Source: an uncultured Pseudosulfitobacter sp. (lineage in GTDB: Bacteria > Pseudomonadota > Alphaproteobacteria > Rhodobacterales > Rhodobacteraceae). From it: 64,000 nt of DNA. The DNA is taken from NCBI RefSeq assembly GCF_963976325.1, contig NZ_CAXBJW010000012.1, positions 4,630 through 68,629 of the forward strand, read 5' to 3'. Positions 27,293 through 35,831 of this stretch are shown here, one piece after another. Under the pieces are notes generated by a model that saw nothing but the letters and a program-made list of their open reading frames with translations, searched no databases and was not told the DNA's origin. Numbering within the stretch: the stretch's first letter is position 1; each line of letters begins with the position of its first letter. A program made the translations under genes and the position numbers.

Positions 27293-28108
27293 TCACCCCT
27301 CCACAACAAAAACAATGCGCCTGCCCAGGCCCACTTCGGCCATCACGGCCTCGGCCATGACCGTGCTGAAATGTGTCTCCAGATACCGCACAACGAACCC
27401 GCTGCGCGCGGCCAGCGTGTAAACGCCACCTTCGTCCGACACGAACCGCAGCGGCGCAAACCAGTTGCGGTGCTTTTCGGGATACAGCGCGCGCAGCCGT
27501 TCCGACACCGCATACCACGACGTGCCATCATCAGGCGCTGCCGCCTCTTGCACCGGTTTGGTAAAATCAACCTTCACCACCGACGACCGTTGCGCCGGGT
27601 CCAGTTCCGCCATGCGCTCGGCATAGTCCGTCCCCACGGCGGTCCAGACGTCCCGCGACATCTCGAACACCCGCAGCATGTTCAGCCGGTACGCCCCCAC
27701 CCTGCCCCGCACGCCTTTGCGTACGCAGATCAGCAGACGGTCATCGACCCAACGTTTGATCTCGCGTTTCACGGTGCGTTCGGTCACATGCCACATCCGC
27801 GCCATTTCGGGCTGGCCCACGCAGAAATGATCCAGCTTCCAGTTGTACCGGGCCGTGATCAGGGCACAGAGCCGCGTCATCGAAATTTGCTGGGCGGGCG
27901 ATCCGTGCAGACCCGACACGACCAGCGCGGTCAGCACATCATACTTCATAGACCCCGCACCGGGTCCTGTCAGTCGCTTGGGTTCCATGTTGGTCTCACT
28001 GTCTCGCCTCTCAATGGCGGCCATCTGCGGGCCGATTCTCATTGAGGTTGATAAGTGCATAAAATCCCGTTTTCTGTCAACGCCTCTCAAAATACACGAA
28101 TTACCCAA
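27293..28108 (-). CDS. replication initiator of the DnaA-like plasmid/chromid type
   Basis: ORF of 271 aa. HTH-like segment MWHVTERTVKREIKRWVDD. The C-terminal WYAVSERLRALYPEKHRNWFAPLRFVSDEGGVYTLAARSGFVVRYLETHF resembles DnaA domain I. Divergent from parAB across an AT-rich iteron region. The start is uncertain, with in-frame ATGs at complement 28060, 28042, 28024 and 27988. Confidence 0.6.
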   Translation of the reverse strand: MGNSCILRGVDRKRDFMHLSTSMRIGPQMAAIERRDSETNMEPKRLTGPGAGSMKYDVLTALVVSGLHGSPAQQISMTRLCALITARYNWKLDHFCVGQPEMARMWHVTERTVKREIKRWVDDRLLICVRKGVRGRVGAYRLNMLRVFEMSRDVWTAVGTDYAERMAELDPAQRSSVVKVDFTKPVQEAAAPDDGTSWYAVSERLRALYPEKHRNWFAPLRFVSDEGGVYTLAARSGFVVRYLETHFSTVMAEAVMAEVGLGRRIVFVVEG

Positions 28109-28141
28109 AAGAATAAATGAATCAGGTATACATGGTATAGG

Positions 28142-28213
28142 GTGACACCTCTATGTCACTGTATCGCGGTCCTCATGTCACCAAATAGAGACTGAACCGC
28201 ACCGTTGTGTCAC
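28142..28213. repeat. putative origin iterons: four TGTCAC motifs in the AT-rich rep/parA intergenic region
   Basis: GTGACA (28142-28147, inverted) and TGTCAC at 28154-28159, 28176-28181 and 28208-28213. The surrounding 28045-28340 is visibly AT-rich compared with the rest of the window. Confidence 0.45.
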
Positions 28214-28347
28214 TAAATATATGTTCTTTTTCGTGTGATCCAAAGAACCCGGCGGATTAACAGGAGCGGAATTGGAAAAGTTTGGTTTTGCCAATTCAGC
28301 CATATCCCGTTATTGAAGAAAAATATCCAAATAACAAGAGCAGTATC

Positions 28348-29652
28348 ATGAGAGATCATTCAGACCTACAGGACATGAACGCGCGCAGCCTGGCACAACA
28401 GGCCTCTGTGCGCCGCGCGACATTCGACCCCGGCGTGGTCAAGGCGCTGCGGCCGTTTTCGATCTGGGAAATCAGCCAGTTCATGTTCGACATTCCCCCC
28501 GACACCCTGCGCAAGAAACTGGCCGAAGACCCGACCTTGCCGCAAGGGGAAACCCAGGACGACGGCCGCCAGCGCTGGTTTTCGCTGAAAGAGATCAACG
28601 AACTGCGCCGCCGCCTGCGGTTCCGCGGCAAGACGTTGCTGCCCCGCAGGCCCGATGGGCGCGCGATCCGCGTGGCTGTGTCCAACTTCAAGGGGGGCGT
28701 CGGCAAGACCGTCGTGGCGCAGCACCTGGCGAATGCCGCCGCCTTGGATGGCTACCGCGTGCTGTGCATCGACTTTGACCCGCAGGCGACGCTGACCCAT
28801 TCGATGGGGCTGGTCGAGGTCAAGGAAGGCAACACCGTCTGGGGCATCATGTGCCGCGATCTGTGCCGCGAGGCCGACCGGATCATGAACAGCTATGACC
28901 TGCCCGAGGAATGCCCCTACCCCGCCGCCGATGAATTGCCCGAAGACGTGCAAAGCATCGGCGCGCAGCGAACGCAGGACTTTATCCAGCCGACATGCTG
29001 GCCCACCATCGACATCATCCCAAGCTGCGCCAACGCGGCCTTTGTCGAATTCGCCAGCGCGCAATACCGCGCGCTGCACAAGGCGTGGTCGTTCTTTGGC
29101 TGCGTCGCCCGTTACCTGGATGAACTGCCTGACGACCAATATGACGTTATCATTTTCGACTGCCCGCCGGCCATCGGCTATCAATCCCTGAACGCGGCAT
29201 TTGCGGCGGACATTCTCTATATCCCCTCGGGTCCCGGCTATTGGGAATACGATTCCACCACCAGCTATCTGGGTCAATTGGGCGACGCGATGGAGGATAT
29301 TTCCGACGGGTTCGGCAAGCTGGCGGCGGACGCGGGGATAACGCTTCCTAAACAGTTTATGGACATTCGTATTCTCATGACCCGGTTCGAAACCAACAAC
29401 CCGCTGCATTCTGCGATGATGGACGCCTTTCGCAATGTGTTCGGCGCGGACGTTTGCCAGAACCCGATTGAAATGACCCGTGCGGTCGAACAATCGGGCC
29501 GGTTCCAGATGTCGGTTTACGAACAGGACTATCGGCAGATGACCCGCGAAACCTGGAAACGGGCACGGCAAAGTTTCGACCGGGCGTATGAGGAATTCAG
29601 GGCGACCATGCTGACGGCCTGGGATCGCACCGCAGACAAGGGAGAGACATGA
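28348..29652 (+). CDS. parA: plasmid partitioning ATPase ParA/RepA-type
   Basis: ORF 28282..29652. Start placed at MRDHSDLQ. Deviant Walker A is VSNFKGGVGKTVVAQHLA. Contains IIFDCPPAIG. Confidence 0.9.
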   Translation: MRDHSDLQDMNARSLAQQASVRRATFDPGVVKALRPFSIWEISQFMFDIPPDTLRKKLAEDPTLPQGETQDDGRQRWFSLKEINELRRRLRFRGKTLLPRRPDGRAIRVAVSNFKGGVGKTVVAQHLANAAALDGYRVLCIDFDPQATLTHSMGLVEVKEGNTVWGIMCRDLCREADRIMNSYDLPEECPYPAADELPEDVQSIGAQRTQDFIQPTCWPTIDIIPSCANAAFVEFASAQYRALHKAWSFFGCVARYLDELPDDQYDVIIFDCPPAIGYQSLNAAFAADILYIPSGPGYWEYDSTTSYLGQLGDAMEDISDGFGKLAADAGITLPKQFMDIRILMTRFETNNPLHSAMMDAFRNVFGADVCQNPIEMTRAVEQSGRFQMSVYEQDYRQMTRETWKRARQSFDRAYEEFRATMLTAWDRTADKGET

Positions 29653-29653
29653 G

Positions 29654-30721
29654 ATGGCCAAGAGCAACAAATTCGGGTTCGCCCCTTTGGAAACCGAACC
29701 ACCGCAGCGGCGGGAACGGTCTGTTGGCCCCATGGGGGCCGCGGTGCGCGAGGCGGCAGAAAGCCTGACGGATGCCACCGAGGCCAAGGTTGAAAAGCGC
29801 CGGCAGAACGCCGTGGATGCCGAAGCGTTTCGCGCCGCCCAGGACGAGGGGCGGGTTCTGATGTCGCTGGAGCTGTCGCAGATTGCGACGGATGATCTGC
29901 CGCGCGACCGGATGGACCTTGAGGCGGTCGCGGCCTCGGACGAGATGGAAGAGCTGAAGGCATCCATTCGGGAACGCGGTCAGAAAGAGCCGATCGAGAT
30001 TTATCCCGGACCTGATGGCAGCTATCAGCTTAAGAAAGGCTGGCGCCGGTTCACCGCGCTGTCGCAGCTTTTGGCCGAAACCGGCGATGCGCGGTTCGGT
30101 ACCATCATCGCGCGGATCGAGCGGGGCGATGACGGGCGGCTGGCGCGGTACATCGACATGGTCGAGGAAAACGTGGTGCGCGAGGATCTGACCTTTGCCG
30201 AGATGGCGCAGGTTGTCATCACCGCCGCGCAGGACGACGCGGTGGGCGAACCGGACCCCGATGCGCTGGTGGCGCGGCTGTACGGCTCGCTGCACAAGAT
30301 GAAAAAATCCTACATCCGCAGCTTTGTCTTCCTGCTGTCGCAGCTGGGCGATGTGCTGCCGTTCCCCAAGGCGGTGTCGCGCAACCTGGGTGTGGATGTG
30401 TCGCGGGCGTTCAAGACCCAAGGTGCGGCTGAAGCCTTGCGCGAAAAGCTGGCCACGTGCCGGACCGCCGAAGAGCAGAACAAGGCGCTGGCGGCCTTTG
30501 TCGACGCGGCGAAATCAACCCCGCAGACGCCGAAGAAAAAGCTGGAGCCACGGGAAAAGTTCGAGTTTCACGTGGGCAGCCTGAAGGTGACAGCGCGGCG
30601 GGGCGAGTGCCGGATCGTCAGCAAGGACGACTTCGCAGCGATCCCCAAGTCCCAGCTTGAGCGTGCGATCAAGGCATTCGAGGAAGAGCTGCGCGGCGGG
30701 CCGTCGGTCAAACCGCTGTGA
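29654..30721 (+). CDS. parB: plasmid partitioning protein ParB/RepB-type
   Basis: 355 aa. ParB N-terminal domain (LKASIRERGQKEPIEIYPGPDGSYQLKKGWRRFTAL). Starts 2 nt after the parA stop. Confidence 0.85.
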   Translation: MAKSNKFGFAPLETEPPQRRERSVGPMGAAVREAAESLTDATEAKVEKRRQNAVDAEAFRAAQDEGRVLMSLELSQIATDDLPRDRMDLEAVAASDEMEELKASIRERGQKEPIEIYPGPDGSYQLKKGWRRFTALSQLLAETGDARFGTIIARIERGDDGRLARYIDMVEENVVREDLTFAEMAQVVITAAQDDAVGEPDPDALVARLYGSLHKMKKSYIRSFVFLLSQLGDVLPFPKAVSRNLGVDVSRAFKTQGAAEALREKLATCRTAEEQNKALAAFVDAAKSTPQTPKKKLEPREKFEFHVGSLKVTARRGECRIVSKDDFAAIPKSQLERAIKAFEEELRGGPSVKPL

Positions 30722-30726
30722 CAGGC

Positions 30727-30818
30727 GGTAACCCATGGGTTACCCCGGCGGCCAGGTGCTGAGGGTAACCCACGGGTTACCTTGATGGCGGGGCAGGGGT
30801 GGTAACCCATGGGTTACC
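30727..30818. repeat. parS-like centromere: three copies of the 18-bp palindrome GGTAACCCATGGGTTACC
   Basis: Copies at 30727-30744 (perfect), 30764-30781 (GGTAACCCACGGGTTACC, one mismatch) and 30801-30818 (perfect). They begin immediately downstream of the parB stop. Confidence 0.75.
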
Positions 30819-30937
30819 CTCGCAATTATAAAACAAAAACAATTACTTAGTCTAAGGCCCTGCCAGAAATACAGGGCTGGATGCAAGGTGGCACAGCCGC
30901 ACGCAGGTGCTTTGCCGCATAATCCTTGCGGTGTGCA

Positions 30938-30953
30938 AACTAATATATTAGTT
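30938..30953. promoter_or_regulatory. perfect 16-bp AT-rich palindrome AACTAATATATTAGTT upstream of the RraA-like gene
   Basis: Read directly; the reverse complement is identical. It lies 44 nt upstream of ATG 30997. Confidence 0.35.
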
Positions 30954-30996
30954 AGAAAGCCAACCCACAGCCTGCATCTGTACCAAGGATTTCCCC

Positions 30997-31722
30997 ATGA
31001 GCGATTACATCCTGTCCGACGCCACCAAGGCGCAACTCAAGCGCACCGGCACCGCGTCGATTGCGACGCAGTTGTACAAGCGCGGTCTGCGCAACCAGTT
31101 CATCCAAGGCGTCGTGCCGGTGTCGGCCAAGGCCGAGCGGATGGTGGGGCAGGCGTTTACCCTGCGCTACATTCCCGCGCGCGAGGATCGCAACCAACTG
31201 GACGTGTTCCGCAACGCCGACCATCCGCAGCGGGTGGCGGTGGAAACCTGTCCCGAGGGGCATGTGCTGGTGATGGACGCGCGACAGGATTCCACTGCGG
31301 CAACCGCCGGGTCGATCCTGATCACACGGATGGCGGTGCGCGGCTGTGCCGGTGTGGTCACCGACGGCGGTCTGCGCGATGCGGCGGGGATTGGCGCGCT
31401 GGACATGCCTGCGTTTCACGCGCGGGCTTCGGCCCCGACCAACCTGACCAAACACGAGGCGCTGGACATCAACGTGCCCATCGGCTGCGGCGGGGTTGCG
31501 GTGTTTCCCGGTGACGTGATCGTGGGGGACGGCGACGGGGTCATGGTGATCCCCGCGCATCTGGCCGACGAAATTGCCGAGGTCTGTGCAGGCATGGAAG
31601 CGTTCGAGGATTTCGTGCTGGAAGAAGTTTTGGCAGGCGCGCCGATCATCGGGCTGTATCCCTGCACCCTGGAAGAAAACCAGAAGAAGTTTGACGCCTG
31701 GCGCGCCAAAACGGGCCGGTAA
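30997..31722 (+). CDS. RraA-family protein (HMG/CHA aldolase / oxaloacetate decarboxylase-like)
   Basis: 241 aa. VLVMDARQDSTAATAGSILITRMAVRGCAGVVTDGGLRD...GDVIVGDGDGVMVIP is typical of the RraA/aldolase fold. Confidence 0.7.
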   Translation: MSDYILSDATKAQLKRTGTASIATQLYKRGLRNQFIQGVVPVSAKAERMVGQAFTLRYIPAREDRNQLDVFRNADHPQRVAVETCPEGHVLVMDARQDSTAATAGSILITRMAVRGCAGVVTDGGLRDAAGIGALDMPAFHARASAPTNLTKHEALDINVPIGCGGVAVFPGDVIVGDGDGVMVIPAHLADEIAEVCAGMEAFEDFVLEEVLAGAPIIGLYPCTLEENQKKFDAWRAKTGR

Positions 31723-31957
31723 GGCGCGGCGCTGACGGGCGCACACCGTTTGAATTTTTGCACGCCTCGGGCGGGCCTGCATCTGGACGCTGCCGGTTTC
31801 GATCTGGCGGCGCGCAGGGCTTTGCCAAAAATGCATTGGTTTTTGGTATGTAACATTACCCAAAGTTATATCTTGGCGGCCAATCGGTATTTTCAATGAA
31901 AATGGCGACTGGCTAGGCTGCGAGGAACGGAAACCTTAAAGGGGGGGCCTTTCTCGG

Positions 31958-33130
31958 ATGCCGACACTTCCACAGATCGCTGCAATGCACGACGAGATGA
32001 CCGAATGGCGGCGCGATTTTCATGCGCATCCCGAGTTGAACTATCAGGAACAACGGACATCCGACCTGGTGGCGGAGCGGCTGGAAAGCTGGGGGATCGA
32101 GGTGCATCGCGGTCTGGGCCAGACCGGCGTGATCGGGGTGCTGCGCGGCGGTGACGGGGACGGGTCGATCGGGTTGCGGGCCGATATGGACGCGCTGCCG
32201 ATGGAGGAACAGACCAACCTGCCGTACCGGTCGACCAACAGCGGCGTGATGCACGCCTGTGGTCATGACGGGCACACCACGATGTTGCTGGGGGCCGCCA
32301 AGTATCTGGCCGAGACGCGCAATTTTTCGGGCACGGTGCATTTCATTTTCCAGCCCGCCGAAGAAGCCGGGGCAGGGGCCAAGCGCATGATTGCCGAGGG
32401 GCTGTTTGACCAGTTCCCGTGCGACAGCGTCTGGGCCTTGCACAACGCGCCCAACCGGCCTGTCGGCACCGCATCGGTGCGGGCCGGGGCGGTGATGGCG
32501 GCGGTCGACACGATGAAGATCGTGATCCACGGCAAGGGCAGCCACGCGGCACGCCCGCACAACGGTAACGATCCCATCGCGGTGGGCCTGCAATTGCACA
32601 CGGCGTTTCAGCATCTGTGCACCAAGAACATCGACCCCATCGAGGTGGCCGTGGTGAACGTGACCCGCTTTATCGCGGGCACAGCCGTCAACGTGGTCCC
32701 GCCAAGCGCCGAGCTGCACGCGACGATCCGCACATTCGATCCCGGCGTGCGCGAAACCGTGCGGCGGCGGGTGCAAGAGATTTGCAAGGGCATCGAGGTG
32801 GCCTACGGCGTCACGCTGGATCTGGAATATCGCATGGGCTGTCCGCCCACGATCAACACCCCCGCCGAGGCGACATCCGCAGACCGGGCGATTTCGTCTA
32901 TACTGGGGTCCGACGCTATTGTGCGCGATCAAAAGCCGGTGGCGGGCGGAGAGGATTTTGCCGAGATGCTGGCGGTTCTGCCCGGTGCCTATATCCATGT
33001 CGGTTCAGCCAAGGGGGCGGACGATCCCCAGCTGCATCATCCAGCATATGACTTCAACGACGAGATCCTGCCCATTGGCGCGTCATATTTTGCCGCCCTG
33101 GTCGAGGATCAATTGTCAGCGAAACGCTGA
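31958..33130 (+). CDS. M20-family amidohydrolase (hippurate hydrolase / N-acyl-amino acid amidohydrolase-like)
   Basis: 390 aa. Contains FHAHPELNYQE, LRADMDALPMEE and HACGHDGHTTMLLGAAK. Confidence 0.85.
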   Translation: MPTLPQIAAMHDEMTEWRRDFHAHPELNYQEQRTSDLVAERLESWGIEVHRGLGQTGVIGVLRGGDGDGSIGLRADMDALPMEEQTNLPYRSTNSGVMHACGHDGHTTMLLGAAKYLAETRNFSGTVHFIFQPAEEAGAGAKRMIAEGLFDQFPCDSVWALHNAPNRPVGTASVRAGAVMAAVDTMKIVIHGKGSHAARPHNGNDPIAVGLQLHTAFQHLCTKNIDPIEVAVVNVTRFIAGTAVNVVPPSAELHATIRTFDPGVRETVRRRVQEICKGIEVAYGVTLDLEYRMGCPPTINTPAEATSADRAISSILGSDAIVRDQKPVAGGEDFAEMLAVLPGAYIHVGSAKGADDPQLHHPAYDFNDEILPIGASYFAALVEDQLSAKR

Positions 33131-33152
33131 CATCTTTCAGGGAGAGAGAAAC

Positions 33153-34748
33153 ATGAAACATTCGAAACTTATGTCCGCGCTGGCCATGTCCACGGCGGTT
33201 GTGCTTGCGACGGGGCAGGGGGCCATGGCGCAGGAAAACGTGCTGAAGTGGGCCTCGCAGGCGGATATTGCCAACCTGGACCCGCATGGCACAACCGGCG
33301 CGCTGCCGCTGACCATTCTGGGCAACGTCTATGAGCCGCTGGTGATGCGCGCGTCGGATATGTCGCTGGCGCCGGGGTTGGCCACAAGCTGGGAGGTGAT
33401 CAACCCGACCACCTGGCGGTTCCATCTGCGGGAAGGGGTCAAGTTTCAGAACGGCAACGATTTCAACGCCGACGACGTGATCTTTTCCATGGGGCGGGTG
33501 GGCAACGAATATTCGTTCCTGCGCGACCGTGTGACCATGGTCACCGAAATGACCAAGGTGGACGATTACACCATCGACTTTCACACCGCCGAGCCGAACC
33601 CGATCCTGCCGAACATGTGGACCAGCATCTATATGATGGACAAGGAATGGTCCGAGGAAAACAGCGCGACCGTGCCGTCGAACACGGTGGAAAACATCGA
33701 AAGCTATGCGGGTTTGCATTCGAACGGCACCGGCCCGTTCATGGTGACCGAACGCCAGCCCGAGACCAGGACCGTGTTCGAGCCGTTCGACGGCTGGTGG
33801 GGCGAGCGGACGGACAATCTGGACCGTGTGATTTATACGCCGATCACCCAGGACGGCACCCGCGTGGCGGCGCTGTTGTCGGGCGAGATCGACATGATGT
33901 TCCCCGTACCGCTGCAAGACATCGACCGGGTGAATGCCAACGAGGGCACGCAGGTGCTGATCCAGCCGGAACTGCGCACCATGATGCTGGGCATGGACCA
34001 GAACCGCGATGTGGCGCTGTTGACGGACACGCCGACCAATCCGTTCAAGGACCGGCGCGTGCGGCTGGCGCTGTATCAGGCGATTGATATTGACGGCATC
34101 CAGTCCAAGCTGATGAACGGATTGTCCGAGCCTGCGGCGACGCTGATTTCGCCGCTGCTGTTCGCCCCCGCGGGCGAGATGGAGCGGTATCCCTTTGACC
34201 CCGAAGCGTCGCGCAAGCTGCTGGCCGAAGCGGGCTATCCCGACGGGTTCAGGACTGCGCTGGTGTGCCCCAACAACCGTTATGTGAACGACGAAAAGAT
34301 CTGTCAGGCCGTGGCGTCGATGCTGGCGCGTGTGGGCATTCAGGTGGACCTGCGCACCATGAACGTCAGCCAGTACTGGAAGGTCGTGGGCCGTCCCGTG
34401 CAAGAGTTCGCCATTTACATGATGGGTTGGACGCCCGGCGGTTTGGACAGCTATTCGGTGCTGTTCAACCTGATGGGAAGCTGGGACGAGGCGTCGGGCC
34501 GTGGCCGGATCAACAACGGCGACTTTTCCAACCCGCGTATCGACGAGATCGTCGCATTGGTGGAAAGCGAAACCGACACGGCCAAGCGTGATGCCCTGAT
34601 CGCCGAAGCTTACCAGATCGTGCACGACGAGGTTTATTACCTGCCGCTGCACCAACAGACCGTGGTCTGGGGTGTGCGGGACGGTGTCGAGGTCAAACAG
34701 CGGGCCGATGACGGTTTCAACTACGCCGATGCGAAGATGACCCGCTAA
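33153..34748 (+). CDS. ABC transporter substrate-binding protein, family 5
   Basis: Frame of ORF 32919..34748. Start placed at MKHSKLMSALAMSTAVVLATGQGAMAQ (signal peptide). GGAGAGAG RBS. Confidence 0.85.
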   Translation: MKHSKLMSALAMSTAVVLATGQGAMAQENVLKWASQADIANLDPHGTTGALPLTILGNVYEPLVMRASDMSLAPGLATSWEVINPTTWRFHLREGVKFQNGNDFNADDVIFSMGRVGNEYSFLRDRVTMVTEMTKVDDYTIDFHTAEPNPILPNMWTSIYMMDKEWSEENSATVPSNTVENIESYAGLHSNGTGPFMVTERQPETRTVFEPFDGWWGERTDNLDRVIYTPITQDGTRVAALLSGEIDMMFPVPLQDIDRVNANEGTQVLIQPELRTMMLGMDQNRDVALLTDTPTNPFKDRRVRLALYQAIDIDGIQSKLMNGLSEPAATLISPLLFAPAGEMERYPFDPEASRKLLAEAGYPDGFRTALVCPNNRYVNDEKICQAVASMLARVGIQVDLRTMNVSQYWKVVGRPVQEFAIYMMGWTPGGLDSYSVLFNLMGSWDEASGRGRINNGDFSNPRIDEIVALVESETDTAKRDALIAEAYQIVHDEVYYLPLHQQTVVWGVRDGVEVKQRADDGFNYADAKMTR

Positions 34749-34785
34749 GCCACTCCCCGGCGGCCCGGTTGCGGGCCGCTGACTT

Positions 34786-34818
34786 CCGGGGACCAGGCTG
34801 ATCTGGTCCCCGGTTTTT
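34786..34818 (+). terminator. stem-loop with U-tract after the SBP gene (partial terminator/attenuator)
   Basis: CCGGGGACCAG-gctgat-CTGGTCCCCGG followed by TTTTT. It sits 18 nt before the permease ATG. Confidence 0.6.
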
Positions 34819-34835
34819 CTGTCGGAAGGTACGCT

Positions 34836-35831
34836 ATGATCCGCTATATCTCGGGCCGTCTGGCCCAGTCGTTTATCGTCATGTTCGTTGTCGCAGCCGT
34901 GGCTTTTGCGCTGTTTGATTTCGTCGGTGACCCGGTGCGCCAGATGGTCACCGAGGATGCCTCGCAGGCCGAGATCGAACGGCTGCGCGAGATGATGGGG
35001 CTGAACGATTCCGTGGCGGTGCAGTTCTGGCGCTATGTCAGCGGCGCGGTGCAGGGCGATTTCGGCGTGTCCTATTTCCACAAGCGCCCCGTGGGCGTGC
35101 TGTTGCAGGAACGTATGCCCGCCACCTTCGAGCTGGCGGGCACATCGGTCTTGTTGTCGATCCTGCTGGGGATACCCTTGGGCGTCTACACTGGTCTGCA
35201 CCGCAACGGGCGGATCGCGCGGGGGCTGATGGCGGTGTCGCTGGTGGGAATCTCGATCCCGACCTTCCTGATCGGGATCATGCTGATCTATCTGTTCTCG
35301 GTCGTGCTGGGCTGGTTGCCGTCCTTTGGGCGTGGCGAGACGACCGAGGTGTTTGGCGGCGCGTGGACCACCGGTTTTCTGACCACCTCGGGGTTGCGGG
35401 CGCTGATCCTGCCGTCGATCACGCTGGCGCTGTTCCAGACCACGATGGTGATGCGGCTGGTGCGCGCCGAGATGCTGGACGTGATGCGCACCGACTACAT
35501 CAAGTTCGCCCGCGCGCGGGGCTTGCGTGACCGGGTGGTGCACTTTCGCCATGCGCTGAAAAACACGCTGATGCCCGTGGTGACGGTGATCGGGCTGCAA
35601 TTGGGGGCGGTCATCGCCTTTGCCATCATCACCGAAAGCGTTTTTCAGTGGCCGGGCATGGGGCGGCTGTTTTTGCAGGCGATCCAGCAGGTCGATATTC
35701 CTGTGATGTCCGCCTATCTGATCATGATCGCGTTCTTTTTCGTGGTGATCAACCTGATCACCGACCTGACCTATTATGCCATCGACCCGCGTCTGCGGTC
35801 CGGGGCGCTGAAGGGGAACGCACATGCGTAA
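34836..35831 (+). CDS. ABC transporter permease (DppB-like)
   Basis: 331 aa. MIRYISGRLAQSFIVMFVV is a canonical N-terminus. Hydrophobic. Confidence 0.9.
   Translation: MIRYISGRLAQSFIVMFVVAAVAFALFDFVGDPVRQMVTEDASQAEIERLREMMGLNDSVAVQFWRYVSGAVQGDFGVSYFHKRPVGVLLQERMPATFELAGTSVLLSILLGIPLGVYTGLHRNGRIARGLMAVSLVGISIPTFLIGIMLIYLFSVVLGWLPSFGRGETTEVFGGAWTTGFLTTSGLRALILPSITLALFQTTMVMRLVRAEMLDVMRTDYIKFARARGLRDRVVHFRHALKNTLMPVVTVIGLQLGAVIAFAIITESVFQWPGMGRLFLQAIQQVDIPVMSAYLIMIAFFFVVINLITDLTYYAIDPRLRSGALKGNAHA

Noticed and set aside
28045-28140. Small ORFs in the AT-rich rep/parA intergenic region (for example the N-terminal extension of ORF 28282-29652 and the first 20-40 codons of ORF 27293-28108), considered as possible leader peptides or a toxin-antitoxin pair.
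   Set aside because: The extensions have AT-rich, non-coding-like composition and no RBS. They are better explained as upstream in-frame read-through of the true parA and rep starts. No TA-like pair is discernible.
30727-30818. The repeat-spacer appearance of the three 18-bp repeats could be mistaken for a mini CRISPR array.
   Set aside because: The repeats are perfect palindromes of only 18 bp, with 19-nt spacers and just three copies. There are no cas genes, and the position directly after parB fits a parS centromere instead.
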